Below, piece after piece: positions 25,370-38,960 of a stretch of 64,000 nucleotides of DNA. Position numbers and translations under genes: made by a program. The DNA is from Dicyema japonicum. Its lineage: Eukaryota > Animalia > Dicyemida. The notes beneath the pieces were generated by a model that saw only the letters and a list, made by a program, of their open reading frames with translations, was not told the DNA's origin and ran no database searches. Where the stretch lies: positions 165,476 through 229,475 of the forward strand of contig RDEW01000013.1 of NCBI GenBank assembly GCA_011109175.1, written 5' to 3'. The number at the start of each line of letters is the position of its first letter. Position 1 is the stretch's first letter.

Positions 25370-26500
25370 TAAAGAAGGCATTTGATTCTGTTGATTATGA
25401 ATTTTTATTTCATGTATTTGACTGTTCAGGAATACCCCGTTGGATTGTTAACTTGTAATCCATAGTCAAAGAAGTGGACTGTAAACTCCACTTAGATGGA
25501 AGAAGAATTGGTTCTGTAAAACTGGGACGTGGAATTCTGCAAGGAGATTCATTATCTCCTCAACAATTTGTTATGGTAATGAAACCTTTGAGCAGGACCC
25601 TTAACTATGTTCCCAAGACTCCAAATTAATCAGGAAGATCCTATTACTTATTCTACCAATCATTTGTTGTTCATTGATGACCTAAATATATTTGGGCTAA
25701 AAAAAGATACTGTTATTAAAATGATGTAGTTGTTCGCGATTTCTTTCATGTTGCCGGCTTGGAGATGAATTCAAAAAAGTCAGTCTCTAATTTTAAATCG
25801 TTATCATGTTGTGAGACTCTGGAAGGAGTCAATGGATATCGATATTTGGGTGTTTTTGAAGACGATGGAAGTAGTGTTCTTAAAGACAAAGTTATGGAGT
25901 CCATACTTGAAAATGTTAAGAGAATAACCATGCTTTCAAAACAAGTTAAATTCTGCGAACTTATGCGCAATAAATGAATACGCAATGTCCCTAACTATTA
26001 TATTGGATTAATTAATATTGAACCTTACGAATTTGATGATATTGACCAACAAATACGACAATGCTTACGTCACTCAAGTTGCACCTCAAACCTGAAAATA
26101 AAGAGAGGCTGTATTTGGACAGGAAGACTTTTGGAAGAGGACTTACCTCGATTTCGTTAAAGAGCGAATTAATACTCCTCCAGTTCCTTAAAAGTTTGGA
26201 AAAACAGTCGACTGTGTGTTCGCAAAGGTCGGGGATTCTGCGAGTAATAAAAACAAAAAAATGGCACTCGGCTACAATCGCAGGATTTCTTGCCTCTAAA
26301 TATGCAATTGCCGACAAGGAAAGCTTTGATATTAAGTCCTCAAGGACACTCAGAAGAAATATTTGTAAATAAAATCTATTGCAGAACACTACACTCTATT
26401 TTGTTCAAATGTATTGATGAAACAAATGTCGACCTTATATACTTCCTCAGAATGGTTATGGTATACAATAATATTTTAATAAATGCAATAAATTCGGTTT
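25370..26500 (+). mobile_element. R4/Dong-like RT fragment
   Basis: DVKKAFDSV, GILQGDSLSP, NHLLFIDDL, GLEMNSKKS, YRYLGVFED, ERLYLDRKTFGRGL. Confidence 0.85.
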
Positions 26501-26559
26501 AGTATTGATTATTATTTCATTATAAGAGTTTAATATAACTTTTATAAACCTTTTTGCAT

Positions 26560-27250
26560 TATCCCGGCGTTTGATTCAGTCCCGAGAATCCTACTAATGA
26601 AAAAGGTCTTCAATACCCCCATTCATCCAACTTTAAAATGATGGATAGCCATCGGACGAAGGGACGTGTGTGTATAGATTATTCAAGATCAGTTTCCCCA
26701 GAATGGTATCACTCTGTAATCGCCCTTCTCCGGCGCTTTTTAAGTTATTCTTAAACGACTTACTCTGCCCCGGAGGGCCTGATTCAATACCTATATGGAT
26801 ATGGCCAAATCAGAATTTCAGTCACAAATAAACGACCTGGTGGCTGTCTTCAACAGACTTTCATATCCACGGAGAACTCTTTATATACCATTTTTAAAAC
26901 CGACCAAAAACAAAAGGATATGCTAGAAATCAGCCTTTATGGAGATATTATTCCTATGCAGAGACATCCAAGAATACTGGAAGTGACCTTGGACCCATTG
27001 CTCTCTTTTTCTCAACATGTGGAAAATTTTCTGGCAAGGGGCCTCCGGAAACTCAACGTAATTTAAACATAGCTAAACTCCAGGATCCAGCCGTCACAAG
27101 AATTCGCTGTCGTCTTATATAGTCAGCTCTTAAAGTCGACGGTGGAGTATTCTTGTGCCTCCTGGGCTTATGGAATTTAAATTTCAACTTCTACAGGATT
27201 AATTCTCTAAGAGAAAAAATGGTCCACCAATTTCTCTGTTCAACTATTCC
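26560..27250 (+). mobile_element. Degraded jockey-type RT
   Basis: PRILEVTLDPLLSFSQHVE, homologous to PKILGVTFDQGLTF of the 8285 ORF. Confidence 0.6.
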
Positions 27251-28289
27251 CCCATTACTCGACAACGTGACAATCCGGAACAATGATTCCGGTTTCGTTA
27301 CCGATCCTGTTTAGGTCTTCCTAGAACATTTAATTAGATTGTTTTTACTCTTTCGTCAATAATTGTAGACTGAGCATTAGAAATGGTTCCTAATTATGAG
27401 AATTTTTTATTCCCAGGTTAGGTGGTCAGTTGGTGTGGTTTTAGACAATTTGTGAAAGACATAACAGCGGGTTCAAGACTGGAAGAATGTAAAAGAAAAG
27501 TCCAACAAGTTAAGTCCCGTTCTTACAGAAACCCCATTTTCCACATTTACACATACATAGATCTTCGTACTCCTCATGTTACGGGCTGTTGGTTTATGGT
27601 TATTATAATAGGGTTACAATCTAGCTCAGAGGACTTCCCAATGAGTATTAAGAACTAGGCTGAGAACAAAAAGAGATGTCAGGGGAAATACTCGAATGTT
27701 CAGGACGTAATCATCTTCTCGTGAAGAAAACTACTTACAATTGTAACCAACATACCCAACTCTCCCCCATAAAGCAACTACTAAATTTGTGGTCAATTCC
27801 CTTTATCGAACAACTATTCGTATGGAGGGCCCGCAAACTGGATCATCAATCGCTCCCTACTTACGGAAATTACGACCCGTAGATGTGGATCCGGATTCCT
27901 CCATATCTGTTAAAAAGATGGAAACCCGCTGTCCTTATCAGAAATAAAAGAAAACTGACAAAGTTCTCATCTCAAATTGAATTATATTAAAGGGTGAGAG
28001 AAGGTACTTTTGGTCTGTAGTTGGCAAAATGGAGGACCACAAACATTTGATGGCCAACTTGATTGGTGTTAAATGGGATCACCTAACTGTTATTTCTGTC
28101 TTTCTTTCCATGTTATCCCGGGGTTCTAAATAAATGGGGAAGGTAGGAAGATCTCTTTCGACAAATTTATCGTACCAGGAGGACTCATCGTTTCATGGAT
28201 GGGATCTAGTTTGCTATAACTCGCAGATTTACCCTTTATTTTATTAAAAAATTAAATATATTTTATTAATATTAAATGCTAGTGAAAAT

Positions 28290-31200
28290 TCATTTTTCAG
28301 TAGAATCCCGGTAAAGTGATAACAAAAATGTAACATAGTCTAATGGATTCGGAGCATCTACAGGCTTTGAGTAGACTGGCATGTTTCTGATGTAATATTC
28401 TGCTTCTTGGGAGCTCAAATTGTTCCTCAATATCTCCTCAGTAATATAAGGCTAAGGGTTTACAAATTATGTACTTTATCATTAGCAATCAGTCGGAAAT
28501 AATGTAATAAATTGTTATCATTTTTGGATGATGCCACAAATTCTAAGTAAGTCGAGAATGTGACGTACCCCAAGTTATCTTTATCTAATTGTTTTACCAG
28601 ATCATTGAAATCCTTATCCTTTAAAATTATTAATTTACATCTTTTACGCCGTAACCAAGTGATATGAGGCAATTCTTAAAGTCAATGTAATTAAGTTTGT
28701 GATCACGGTCATTATCAAAATATTCGAAGCAAGTCTTATAAATATCAAAAGATGTTTGACAATGTTCTTCATATTCTTACATGCAGAGAAAACAAAGGAA
28801 CATAGGTTTTTGTAGTCGATTACAAGTTTATCAACCGAATAACCCAAATTCCGTATGTCACTCACTTTCAAGTCTAAAAGTTTCTGAATAACCATAAATG
28901 ACATGGCATTACCTCATAATTGGCTTCTAATTTGTCAACTTGACATTTGAATTGAACCAACTCACTCTCGCATGCCTTTAAATACTCCAATTCAGGCTCA
29001 AGACTAACAGAATTGATGTCATTGATTTGGTTAAGTATTTCAGTCATCATTGTAACCCAATCATTCACTTTGATAGAAGAATTCATCAATTCATCCTTGA
29101 CTGCTTTGATCTAATATTATGTGCTTGTGATAACATGTTTATGACGTGCAGCTTCCTTTTCCAATGTTTGTAGTCTAACAACACGGAGATTGTTCATTTT
29201 GTCCCAGTCAGAAAGGATGGACTACATTATGTAAGTGTAGTAAACCTCAAAGGTAGTGGTGGAAAAAGTTGTTTCTTCCAATTTTGTGAGGTTGGTTCCA
29301 TCAGAAAAACTGCGAATTTTCAAAACCAATGTTTGTATTTCATCTAATCGTGATTTTGCTGTAGGGAGACTATCCTCAAATTCTCGATGGGAGTCAATCA
29401 TATCATTGACTTGGTCTTCATTATTGACTATGGGAGTATCCTCGAGCTCTTCTAGCACAGAATCCAGCCATTTTTTGAATTCCTTCAAATATAAAACAGT
29501 AAAGACCATAACTTTCCTAGCATAGTCAAGCAAAAGCCATTTGCCTCTTCCAAAATGCTATATAATCTCTAAAATTATCAAGTGGGGGTGGGGTGTAACC
29601 TCAAACTGATCGATAACACTTAGACAAGAGTTGTATACAAATTCTCGCAACGTGATCAGATTTTGTTCACGACGATTTATAGAGTCCATGTCATAGAACT
29701 GATGATCCCTAGAGTGGTGATCTCTAATCTAACCTGAGGAACTCAGCCATTTCTGAGATATCAGTAAGTGGGTCACATTCTGATTTATTCATAAATAGTC
29801 CATCCTTCATAATCGTTACCACGTTTATTGTTGGCTGAAATTATTATAAAGATACTTTAATATTTTCGAAGCTGAGTTGTTGAGAATCAAGTTTTCGTAA
29901 TTCTGAAATATTTTCTTTCAGCCAACCTTCGTAAACCGAGCATCGTTTGTTGAACTTATTTTCTAGTTGTGCAAAGAATTCAAGCCTAATTTGTCACAAA
30001 ATAATACATATCAATATATCTGAATAACCATTCCTCGAAACACTTCTCGGCAGCGTCAAGTTTACTCCATTCCTGTTGAATATCCTACAAATAAAAATGT
30101 TGAGTACACAAATAAGTTTGACTTGTTTTTGAGAAAAGGAGGCCTTTCCAGATAATTTAAATCGTGTTTGAAGAATATTATGCATATTCTCCAATTCTAC
30201 TTTCTTAGTGTAGTATAATGGCTTCTCATTGAAGAAATGGTTGGTGTAATTGTTCAATATTTCATATGCTTTATCAAGGCAGTTTTCTTCTGGTCTATCA
30301 CTCAAATATAGAACAGATCTCTGAATCCATTCAAACAACTAAATCAACCACTGAGTGATTACTCTAGTGCTGAGGTTAATCCAATCTTTAATCATCTGTT
30401 CTGTTTCCTTACTAGTCTTTAATGCTATTGAAGTTCTCTCAGAAGCTTTATTAAGCTGTCAATAAATTATATCAAGTACTTCTGTTCTGAGGTGAATCGG
30501 TGGTAAAACATAGACACATAGGTTATAATAGAGATTTCGTCAATTTGTCCAAACAGAAAGTCTAATAATATTCACCCTTAAACCTTCGACATCAAACATT
30601 TTCGGAATGTCAAGATATTTATCGGCAATGATGAAGGTTTCTTTTAGATTGTATTGAGGATGTTGTTTCTGCGATTATAAAAGAACACAAAACGTCATAT
30701 TTACTAAAATCGATCAAATCTGGTCTGTGACTATGAATAAGCGCTGCAAATGCCATTCCATCCAAAAAACTAAATATCACACCGTTGGAGTGCCTGGTAT
30801 GAAAATCTTGAATATCAACTCCACTGTATCCGTCTACTTTTCGTTGGCACCAATGCAAAAGTCCATTTTTTCCTGACATTTCTGAAAATTAAAAAACATG
30901 AATGCCATCAAAGTGAATATTTTGAATGGAAAATCTAAGAATTATACTCCAAATCAATCCTAATGTCATTTTTACGTTTCCGTTTACAATATCTAAAATT
31001 ATGTTAATTATTCACCTTCAGCACCAATTGATATTAGTTTTGCCCCACATTCTTTGATAAATTTGAGGGCAATGTTGACATTGTTAATTTTATGAAGTCT
31101 CATCTCCTTGTCCTCAGGTTTTTGTAGATTTTCCCCTGAAATCACTTCAAGTAATTTTATTAAAGCATGTCCGTCCATAAAATCAGTGTCAAAACATCTT

Positions 31201-31348
31201 ATTTTTTCATTTACTCTACTCAAATGAGAATTACACCATTGAGTGAATGCCTAGTAGAATATGTTTATAAATTCGTTACTCTTTTTTGTTGCTTTTTCCA
31301 AGATGGACCTAATAAACTGTACTTGTGTCTTACTTTATTGGAACTCAT
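28290..31348 (-). CDS. ACTN: Alpha-actinin (2 CH domains, spectrin repeats, EF hands), many tiny introns
   Basis: PSWKKQQKR|[63 protein letters not shown]; C-terminus PYITEEILR...LDYVTF. Length fits a protein of about 890 aa plus introns. Confidence 0.92.
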
Positions 31349-31459
31349 TACTATTCAAAACTATTATAAATATTTATTAATGTTTTTATTTAAATATTAG
31401 CTTTTTATTAAATTAAAATAGTTAATAATAATTCTACTTCATAATGAGTTTTTGGTATC

Positions 31460-32108
31460 GCCACCCTTTTCAATCTCTACATAAACGACATGCCACAAAC
31501 CTGTAATGAAAACTGCCTAATCCTCTTCTATGCCGACGATATCATTCTTGCCTCCAAGGACAGAAGCATTTAATCAGCGACTCAGTCCGATAACAAATGC
31601 TTGACAGGCTGGAACTATGGCTCTCGAAGCGGAGACTCGACGCATCAGAACAAAGTCCTCTGTCACGCTGTTTATCACTTACAAAAGACAGCTCTGTGTC
31701 TAACCAAAATTTTTTTTATGAAGAACGAGGTTATTCCTATTAACAAAACACCGAAGATTCTGGGAGTCACCTTTAATCAAGGACTTACCTTTATCCGACA
31801 TGTTGAGAACATAGTAACTTATGCTCTGAGGAAAATGAGAATTTTGAAAGTGCTCTCAAAAACACTTAGAGACTAAACTGGTGGCCTTGCCACGATTTAT
31901 GAACAATTTATCCGACCCACGATGACGTATGCAAGTCCTTCGTGAGTAATGCAGATTTTACGATCCTCCTCATTGAAACTATCAGCAATCGAGGAGACCG
32001 AAATAAGGATAATTGGACCAGAGAACAAAATCCAGCCCATTAAAATCTCTTATTTGAATTACGACGGAAACTCTTAAAGGAGGCAGTTTACCGAGCTGCC
32101 CTCTATTC
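31460..32108 (+). mobile_element. Jockey-like LINE copy, cut at its 3' side by RTE copy C
   Basis: Highly similar to 8320-8970(-). The match stops at CTCTATTCCA, where the RTE tail begins. Confidence 0.9.
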
Positions 32109-32109
32109 C

Positions 32110-34460
32110 ATTATTATTAAGGCACTTTCACGAAAGCCATAATGATTATAGCCCCGCATGTGCAACACTCAAAGAAACAATATTTATAGTTAATCTTTTC
32201 CATCTTCCTCTGTCGAATGCGACTGATCTCAATTCGTCCAGGTCGTCTCCCGTCTTTAGATTTTTTCTCACACGATTTAAGTCTTTGTTTAAGGCAGTCG
32301 GAAGTGTCGATCTAGGTCGTCCGCGGAAGGGTTTTTCGCAACTGGCAAAGTAATCTTCCATCGCTTTGTTAGCGGGTGCGTCCGGGTTCATTCTTAGTAC
32401 ATGTCCAAATAGCCTCCACCGGGCATCTATCACATCCTTGCTGATGCAAGAACACATACACTTGTTGTAGATACAAGTGGTTGATATTCTACATGGCCAC
32501 TCCAATCTGAGTAAGCTTCTTAGTTGCCTTCGATCGAACAAATCCAGTTTCAATAGTTTGTTAAAGGAACTACCCATGTCCCAGCGTTATACAGTAGGAT
32601 CAGTTTCACAAACACGTTGTAAAGCCTGCATCTGATGTCAATTCCAAGTCCTTTGGCCCTTAGCCATCCTTTCTTCAGTTTAGCCATTGCCGCATTTGCC
32701 AGTGTTTTCCTCCTTAGTACATCTTCAGCGTCTCCTAGTAGAGAGCCGAGCTTATTAGTACGTCTCCATCTTTCATGAGTAATATCGTCTTCTCTTTTGA
32801 TTTCCGTAATTTCAGTTTTGTTAACATTTACGCTGAGAAACCATTTCTCAAGCTCCGCAGGTGCATTTTCTAGCAGGTGTTGGAGTGCGGTCACATCCCG
32901 TGATACAAAATCCACATCATCCGCATAAGATGTCTCTTCTATGTCTCCTATATAGCATTTACGGAGGTCGCGGAGTGCAGATTCAAGGTATATGGTGAAT
33001 AGTAAAGGGGAGAGGGAATCACCCTGGGGTGTCCCAATCGTTGTTTTGAAACTGCGGGAAGTTGCTCCTTCTGTCCTCACAGATAGTCTTGTGTTCGCAA
33101 GTAGTAGTCTGATTATCCTAACCGACGATTCATCCAATATTTGCTCAAGCACATTCATCAGTTTCTGACTGTTTATTGAGTCGAAAGCTCTGGAGAGATC
33201 TATTCCCAACACGGTCGTTGCGCTCTTGAATCTTTGTTGCGCTGCACAGCACCATCTATGGATCCATACAATGTCTGCCGTAGACCTCCCTTCTCGGAAC
33301 CCACTTTGACTTGCCGTCACACCCTTTATCCGGCTCAATGCAATGTTTGCCAGCACCTTGTTTATCCAGTTCAGAAGTATAATCGGGCGGAGATTTTCTA
33401 ATGGTCCTTTTGCTTTGTTCGGTTTTTGTATTGGTATTAATAATCAATTTCCAAGTCCTAGATCGGTATTGATTTCAAAGATGTGATTTAGGGTTGTTGC
33501 AATTGTTTTGCAAAGTTTTTTTGGCCCATATTTTAGGAGCTCAGGGCTTATGTTGTCCTGCCCAGCACTTTGTTGTTCTTCAGTTTATTTATCGCTAATT
33601 CCACCTCTTCCATTGTGATTTGGATTTTTAGCGCCTTTGCTTTTCCTTGGAAAGGTGGAATGTCTTATTTTCAACACTGTTTCGAAGTGTCGTGCAATCA
33701 ATTCTGGTTTTTCTTTCGGGTTACCCACAAATTTTCCATCTTTGTCTTTGATGTGAAGGATGTTTTGTCCTTTCTTTGTCTGCAGCAGCCGCAAAGCCGC
33801 ATACATCCTTGAATTGTCTTTTAGACATTCCACATCTTTTAATAGGGATGTAATAATTTCCCGTGAGTGTTTTCTGTTCATCTTTTTTGATTTTCCACTT
33901 TAGTTCCCCTTTGTGGATATTAAGCTCTTTTTTTTACTCTCGTCTGACGTTTTTGCCGCTTTTAGCCGTAGCTCTCTGCAATGCTTTGCCATATCTGGCA
34001 CGTTCGGGTGGTGATCCATTTTTAGGGCATAATGATTTCGGACTCCAAGGTATATATTGGCCGACTTGGAGATTGCCTGTTTTGTTTGATCCCACAGAGT
34101 TTGTACTGATGATTCCGGTGCGGTTTTCTCCATAAGAGTCTCGATTTGTTCGTGATATTTAGCTCTACAAGTGGCTCTAACCACAATTTTTTGTCTGAAA
34201 GTATATATTGGGCTTTGTCTCGCTTCTTCGCGTTTTCAATGTATTTTTTCCCAGTCAGATGCTTTTTTACACAAAGTTTTGCAATGACGATCCTGTGGTC
34301 GCTGTCGGTTGTTGTTCCCTGGTAGGAACGTGCATCATTTATCAGGTGTTTATCAGACTTTCAGCAGATAATGTAGTCGATTTGATTTTATTAAAATTGG
34401 CTGTAATAAATAATTCCAGTCAGAAGGAGAAATTGTCTGGAAATTGTTGAATAATATTTT
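32110..34460 (-). mobile_element. RTE-like LINE copy C with (TAA)n tail
   Basis: GIDLSRAFDS, GTPQGDSLSPLLF, SYADDVDF, RWRLFGHVLRM, FRGRPRSTLP; 3' end CGTGAAAGTGCC-TTAATAATAA. Confidence 0.93.
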
Positions 34461-34485
34461 TTTATGAAGGAAAGAAAAGAGTAAA

Positions 34486-34570
34486 TGGTCATATAGCGGC
34501 TACCCTGACTGCGTAGCTATTCCCTCTCAGGGTGACGAGCGAAATTCGCTCAAATAACCAGCAGCGCAAT
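34486..34570 (-). mobile_element. CRE 3' tip
   Basis: WLFERISLVTLRGNSYAVR, closely similar to the end of the 57238 ORF. Confidence 0.8.
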
Positions 34571-34935
34571 ATTATAAAAATTTTATTGAAGTAAAAAATA
34601 ACTATAATTTTGATGGAAATGGATTTTTAATATAAAGATGGCTGGAAGTGATCTATTAAAATGAACTACGGAGTAATTTATCATCCAAATTATGTCAATA
34701 TTTGCTTATTAATTGATAAAGATGACAGGGAAAACTTGCTTCATCAAAAAAGAAGCAGCTAGAATATTCAAAAATTGTATTTCAGTAACAATTTATGCAG
34801 AATTAAGAAGTATCTGCAATCTAGATTTTCTGTTAATAAGTTTTTTTTCTATAAAAATGGAAAATCAACATATTTCTCTATGCATATACGACTAATTGAA
34901 AAATATCCTTCCATTATCAGAAAATTTTTTTATTA

Positions 34936-35835
34936 CAGTAAACCCTCATTAATCCAAACTTCAATAATCCGAATTTTTTGATGAGTTAGCAAAATTTTAA
35001 AGTTTTCTTACAAACAGGCTTCAATAAACCGAATTTTTTGATGAGTTAGCAAAATTTTATAAAGTTTTCTTACAAACAGGCTTCAATAAACCGAAACTTT
35101 ATAATCCGCAATCCGAAAGACAATTATTAAAAATTTCGGATTAATTTATTTTGTTTTTATCATACAGATTCAGATGAATTTTTTTTCAGATGAATTTAAA
35201 TTTAAAATCTAAGAGTACCAAATTGTTAGAAAAAAAGTTAATATTTGTGAAATAAAAATACATCAAAATGACTCTCAGAGAATTATCCCATATCTGTGAA
35301 ATAAAAATGAACTCTTATTTTGGAATTTCTACACTTTCAGAAATTCTTAAAAACCGTGAAAGTTGGAAAACTGTGAAACTACGATTAACAAGTCAAGAGC
35401 CAAGTGGTAAACGTCATCAGTTTGATAATTCACTTGTTGAATGGATGAAATTAATGGTTTTATATTGTGAAAAGTATTTTGTGAAAAGCTTAGAATCAAT
35501 GATTTTGAAATTAGTAAAGGCTACACAGATTTAAAGGAAAATAAGAGTTCTTAAACCAAGATCCTGCTTTGAATGAGTATCGAAAGAACTGAACTTGCTA
35601 ATGAATAAGAGATAACTCAAACAGAAGTGCTCGACGAGAACGAAATCGTCATTCTTTGTGAAGATTATAATGTCAACGAGTAAATTATTGATGCTAAAGT
35701 GGAGAGATTATTATTATATGTGAAACATAAATATTAACTACAATGAAATTAATATATTTATTTTTTCACAATCTATTTTTTCAAAATCCAAACGACATCC
35801 AAATTTTTTTAGTTCGGATTAATGAGGGTTTACTG
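34936..35835 (+). mobile_element. pogo/Tigger-like non-autonomous DNA transposon (900 bp)
   Basis: TIRs CAGTAAACCCTCATTAATCC / GGATTAATGAGGGTTTACTG flanked by TA on both sides. Remnant CENP-B-type HTH (ISTLSEILKN, LVEW) in ORF 35268-35534. Internal tandem duplication of about 70 bp. Confidence 0.9.
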
Positions 35836-36875
35836 TAGTGATGAAATTATTATCTAAAGACCGAAATTATTATCCTGAAAACGTTTTTAATTACATTATT
35901 CTATATTTTAATAAATTAAGATTAGTTTATTCATATTAAAAAAAATTTTCTAGATAACTTTTTCATAAAGTCAAAAAAGGTCAATTTTTAGGTCAAAATT
36001 TCGTATTTATAAAGTCAAAAAATCGCCCTAGTTATTACGTAATATGATTTTACGTATAAAGTGCACATATTCGGAAATAGATTGAAAACATTAAAGCTGC
36101 CCAGTTAAAAACCGATTCCTCGTTACTATCCTACACGGATGATTAATCATCTCCGCATGCAACTGTTCGATGTTGTAATGAATGCTATCTGAAGGTAAAT
36201 AGTGTCTAGGGTTGGTTGAATCGTACCACCTTTAGGTATCGGGTACAAAATCGACATCCACTCTTCTCACTTCAGACAGTTTTTGGAAAGGAAAACTTGG
36301 AAGTTTCATGGGATCTGTTCAAAAACCTGTAAAAATTCTCTTTCAGTTCTTGGAGTTACATGTTATTGAATTTCACCTCTATTAGGAAGCAACTCTCAAC
36401 AAAAGGTTTCCAGAAGATAAACTTTAGGCATGACTATGTTGGAGGACCCCTTTAAATTTTAATGACTCTACTACATCACTCTACCGGCAAACCATAACAC
36501 CACCTGTAAAGTATGCCTTTGTTGATTGGAGACTCAACTCCTTTTATAAGTAGGTGATCTCAGCTTCTATTAACTCCCCTTGACAGCAATCCAATCGTAA
36601 ATAATTTTGACCAATTAGCGTCATGTGATTCACTTATAGTGGCGCTCAATGTTAATTCGTCATTGGAAAGAACCATTCGTCTTTCAGTACCTTAGTGGTT
36701 ACTCGATGCGGCTCTGCTATATTAAAACTCCTCAAAATTTTAATTTGTATTATCATAAATTTGTGACCGTAAAAAAATAAGCATTATTTAAAATCTTAAT
36801 TATTTTAAAATTTATTTTCAAATTAAACATAAGGTTACACGTCATACGCATTGTAGGATTATATAGACATAGTCA

Positions 36876-37863
36876 ATGAATTCCACCTTAATCGACCAAG
36901 TTGTGTCAAATGGCTACTTTTTTGTATCCTCACTACTCTCAATATACGTTGGATCCAAGAATTCAGTGAAAACTTCCTCCGATGATTATCAAATAGTAAC
37001 CAAATGCCTCAATTTAGATAGATGCGAAATCAGCCTTTAGATTTCCTTTCTACGCCTCATTTTTCCTTTTTTCACTATACCTACTACTCAAGGTAAATGT
37101 CCGCTATTACTCGTTAGTACATCCCCAAATACATTATGAACTACCTAATGTCCGGGATGTCTCTTTCAATGTACGTCATGGCCTTCAACCATATGCTGAG
37201 TAGACTCCTTAAGCGACAGTCACACATTTTCTACCTGATTGTTCTACCTTTCTCATTGTTATTCCAACATTACCAAGTTTAATGGATTTTTACTCCTCAG
37301 AACTGGATTGTGAATAATGTTGTCGCCATTACTTTGGCAGTCTCTGCTATCGAACTGATTAACTTTGACAGCACGTGGAACGCCTACATCCTCCTCTCCG
37401 GACTGTTTATATACGATATTTTTTGGGTTTTTGGAACTAATGTGATGAAGACCGTGGCTACTTCCATCAATGCCCCTATTAAACGTATTTGTTGTGGTTT
37501 ACGGTAGTCGTGATCCCCAAGAATCTCATAAGCTGTTCGGTTAATGAGGCATATTCTTTCTCCATGATTGGATTGGGTGATATTGCGCTTCCTGGAGCTT
37601 TTATGGCTTACTTAAAGCGTTTCGATGTTTCACATAAAATGAACGAGTTTTTCCCTAATGGATTATGTGCCTATGGAGTTGGTTTGGCCATAACAATGTC
37701 GGTTTGTGCTTACACAAAGTCAGCACAGCCGGCTTTGTTGTATTTGGTCCCTGCCTGTATCATTTCCTCCAGTTTGACGGCTTATTATGAAGGTTGCTTG
37801 GAATATTTTATCTGGTATGAGTTTATCCCTTATTTTAGGTACAACGTTGACGAACCCACATGA
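36876..37863 (+). CDS. HM13: Signal peptide peptidase (minor histocompatibility antigen H13 family)
   Basis: Catalytic YD (IYDIFWVF), GLGD and QPALLYLVP motifs. Intact after removing five introns: 36996-37017, 37093-37117, 37277-37300, 37485-37507, 37815-37838. Confidence 0.93.
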
Positions 37864-38149
37864 ATTGTTAATTTAAATATGGTTTTTTGTTATTTTGAAT
37901 TATTTAATATATTTTGTTAATTATAATTTAGTAATGTTCGTAGTAATATCTAAAGTTTATATTTACAGCAATATATAGACAGAATCGATGATTAGTTTGT
38001 CGCTGTGCCTTTTTGTCTTCTAGATGAGCCATCCCTCTTCCTGGTCCGTCTTCGATAGCTGAGCCACTCAGATGTAACTGGTAAAGCTCTGAAAGAGTCT
38101 GTTTTTGCTGGTTACTTTTTTGTTGTCATCAGTTTGTTTGATTTAAGGG

Positions 38150-38960
38150 AAATTATTAAAAAGCACTCCCGATTAAACATAAAATTAGTTAAGTTTCCCT
38201 TGTGTCGTATTCCGAACCATCCTCTCCGTTAGCTTTGACCATGATTGTTTGTTGCGCACTAGTTCTTTAGGTAGTCCAGGTCGTCCGCCATTTCCATTAC
38301 AATATTAGATGCTGTCCACACCCTTGTAGCATAGTGAATCAGGTCCTGATGGACTGCAAATCCGAGACCATAATCTCGGCAGGCCGACGGGAGGATAAAA
38401 AGGTGGAATTTACAAACAGTTTTATACATTGTACGGTCGTTTTTGTCTCTTGTAGACAGCAGACGTCATATTTAGTTAGATCGCATACCAGTTGGTGTTT
38501 CTTGTAAGGTTGACTAAGTCATCTGCAATTGAAAGATCTTAGAGTGAACGGAGAAGTCGGTAAGGAATACGAATAAGCATAGTGCAATAGAGGTGTCGTC
38601 ACCACCTCAACCAATATTTTTGAAGGGAATGGAGAGTAATAAATATAATTAATTGCTCTTGAAAGAACATTAGACGTCGTCAATATCCTCATTAAATGTT
38701 TTACATAAAAGGTCATCTTCAGAAAGGAAGTCTTATAGGATGTGGAAATTGGATTAATTTTTACACATTATAGTTTAGAACTGGTCACTGGCTTTCGGAG
38801 AAACCCCTCTTGATACACACCTATTGAGGAACTGGACTAATACTCATTTGTCCCTTATGGAAACGGAATACTTACATCGTGTGGCTTGCATTCTGGCAGC
38901 CTCTTCCCCTTACAACGGTGCTTAGCTGAACGCTTTCCCATCATCGTCACTAGGTTCCCT
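38150..38960 (-). mobile_element. Internally deleted RTE-like element (5' region plus APE start fused to the 3' end)
   Basis: YDVCCLQETK and YGLGFAV (APE N-terminus) run directly into DDLDYLKELVRNKQSWSKL and a GGGAGTGCTTTTTAATAA tail. Confidence 0.65.
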
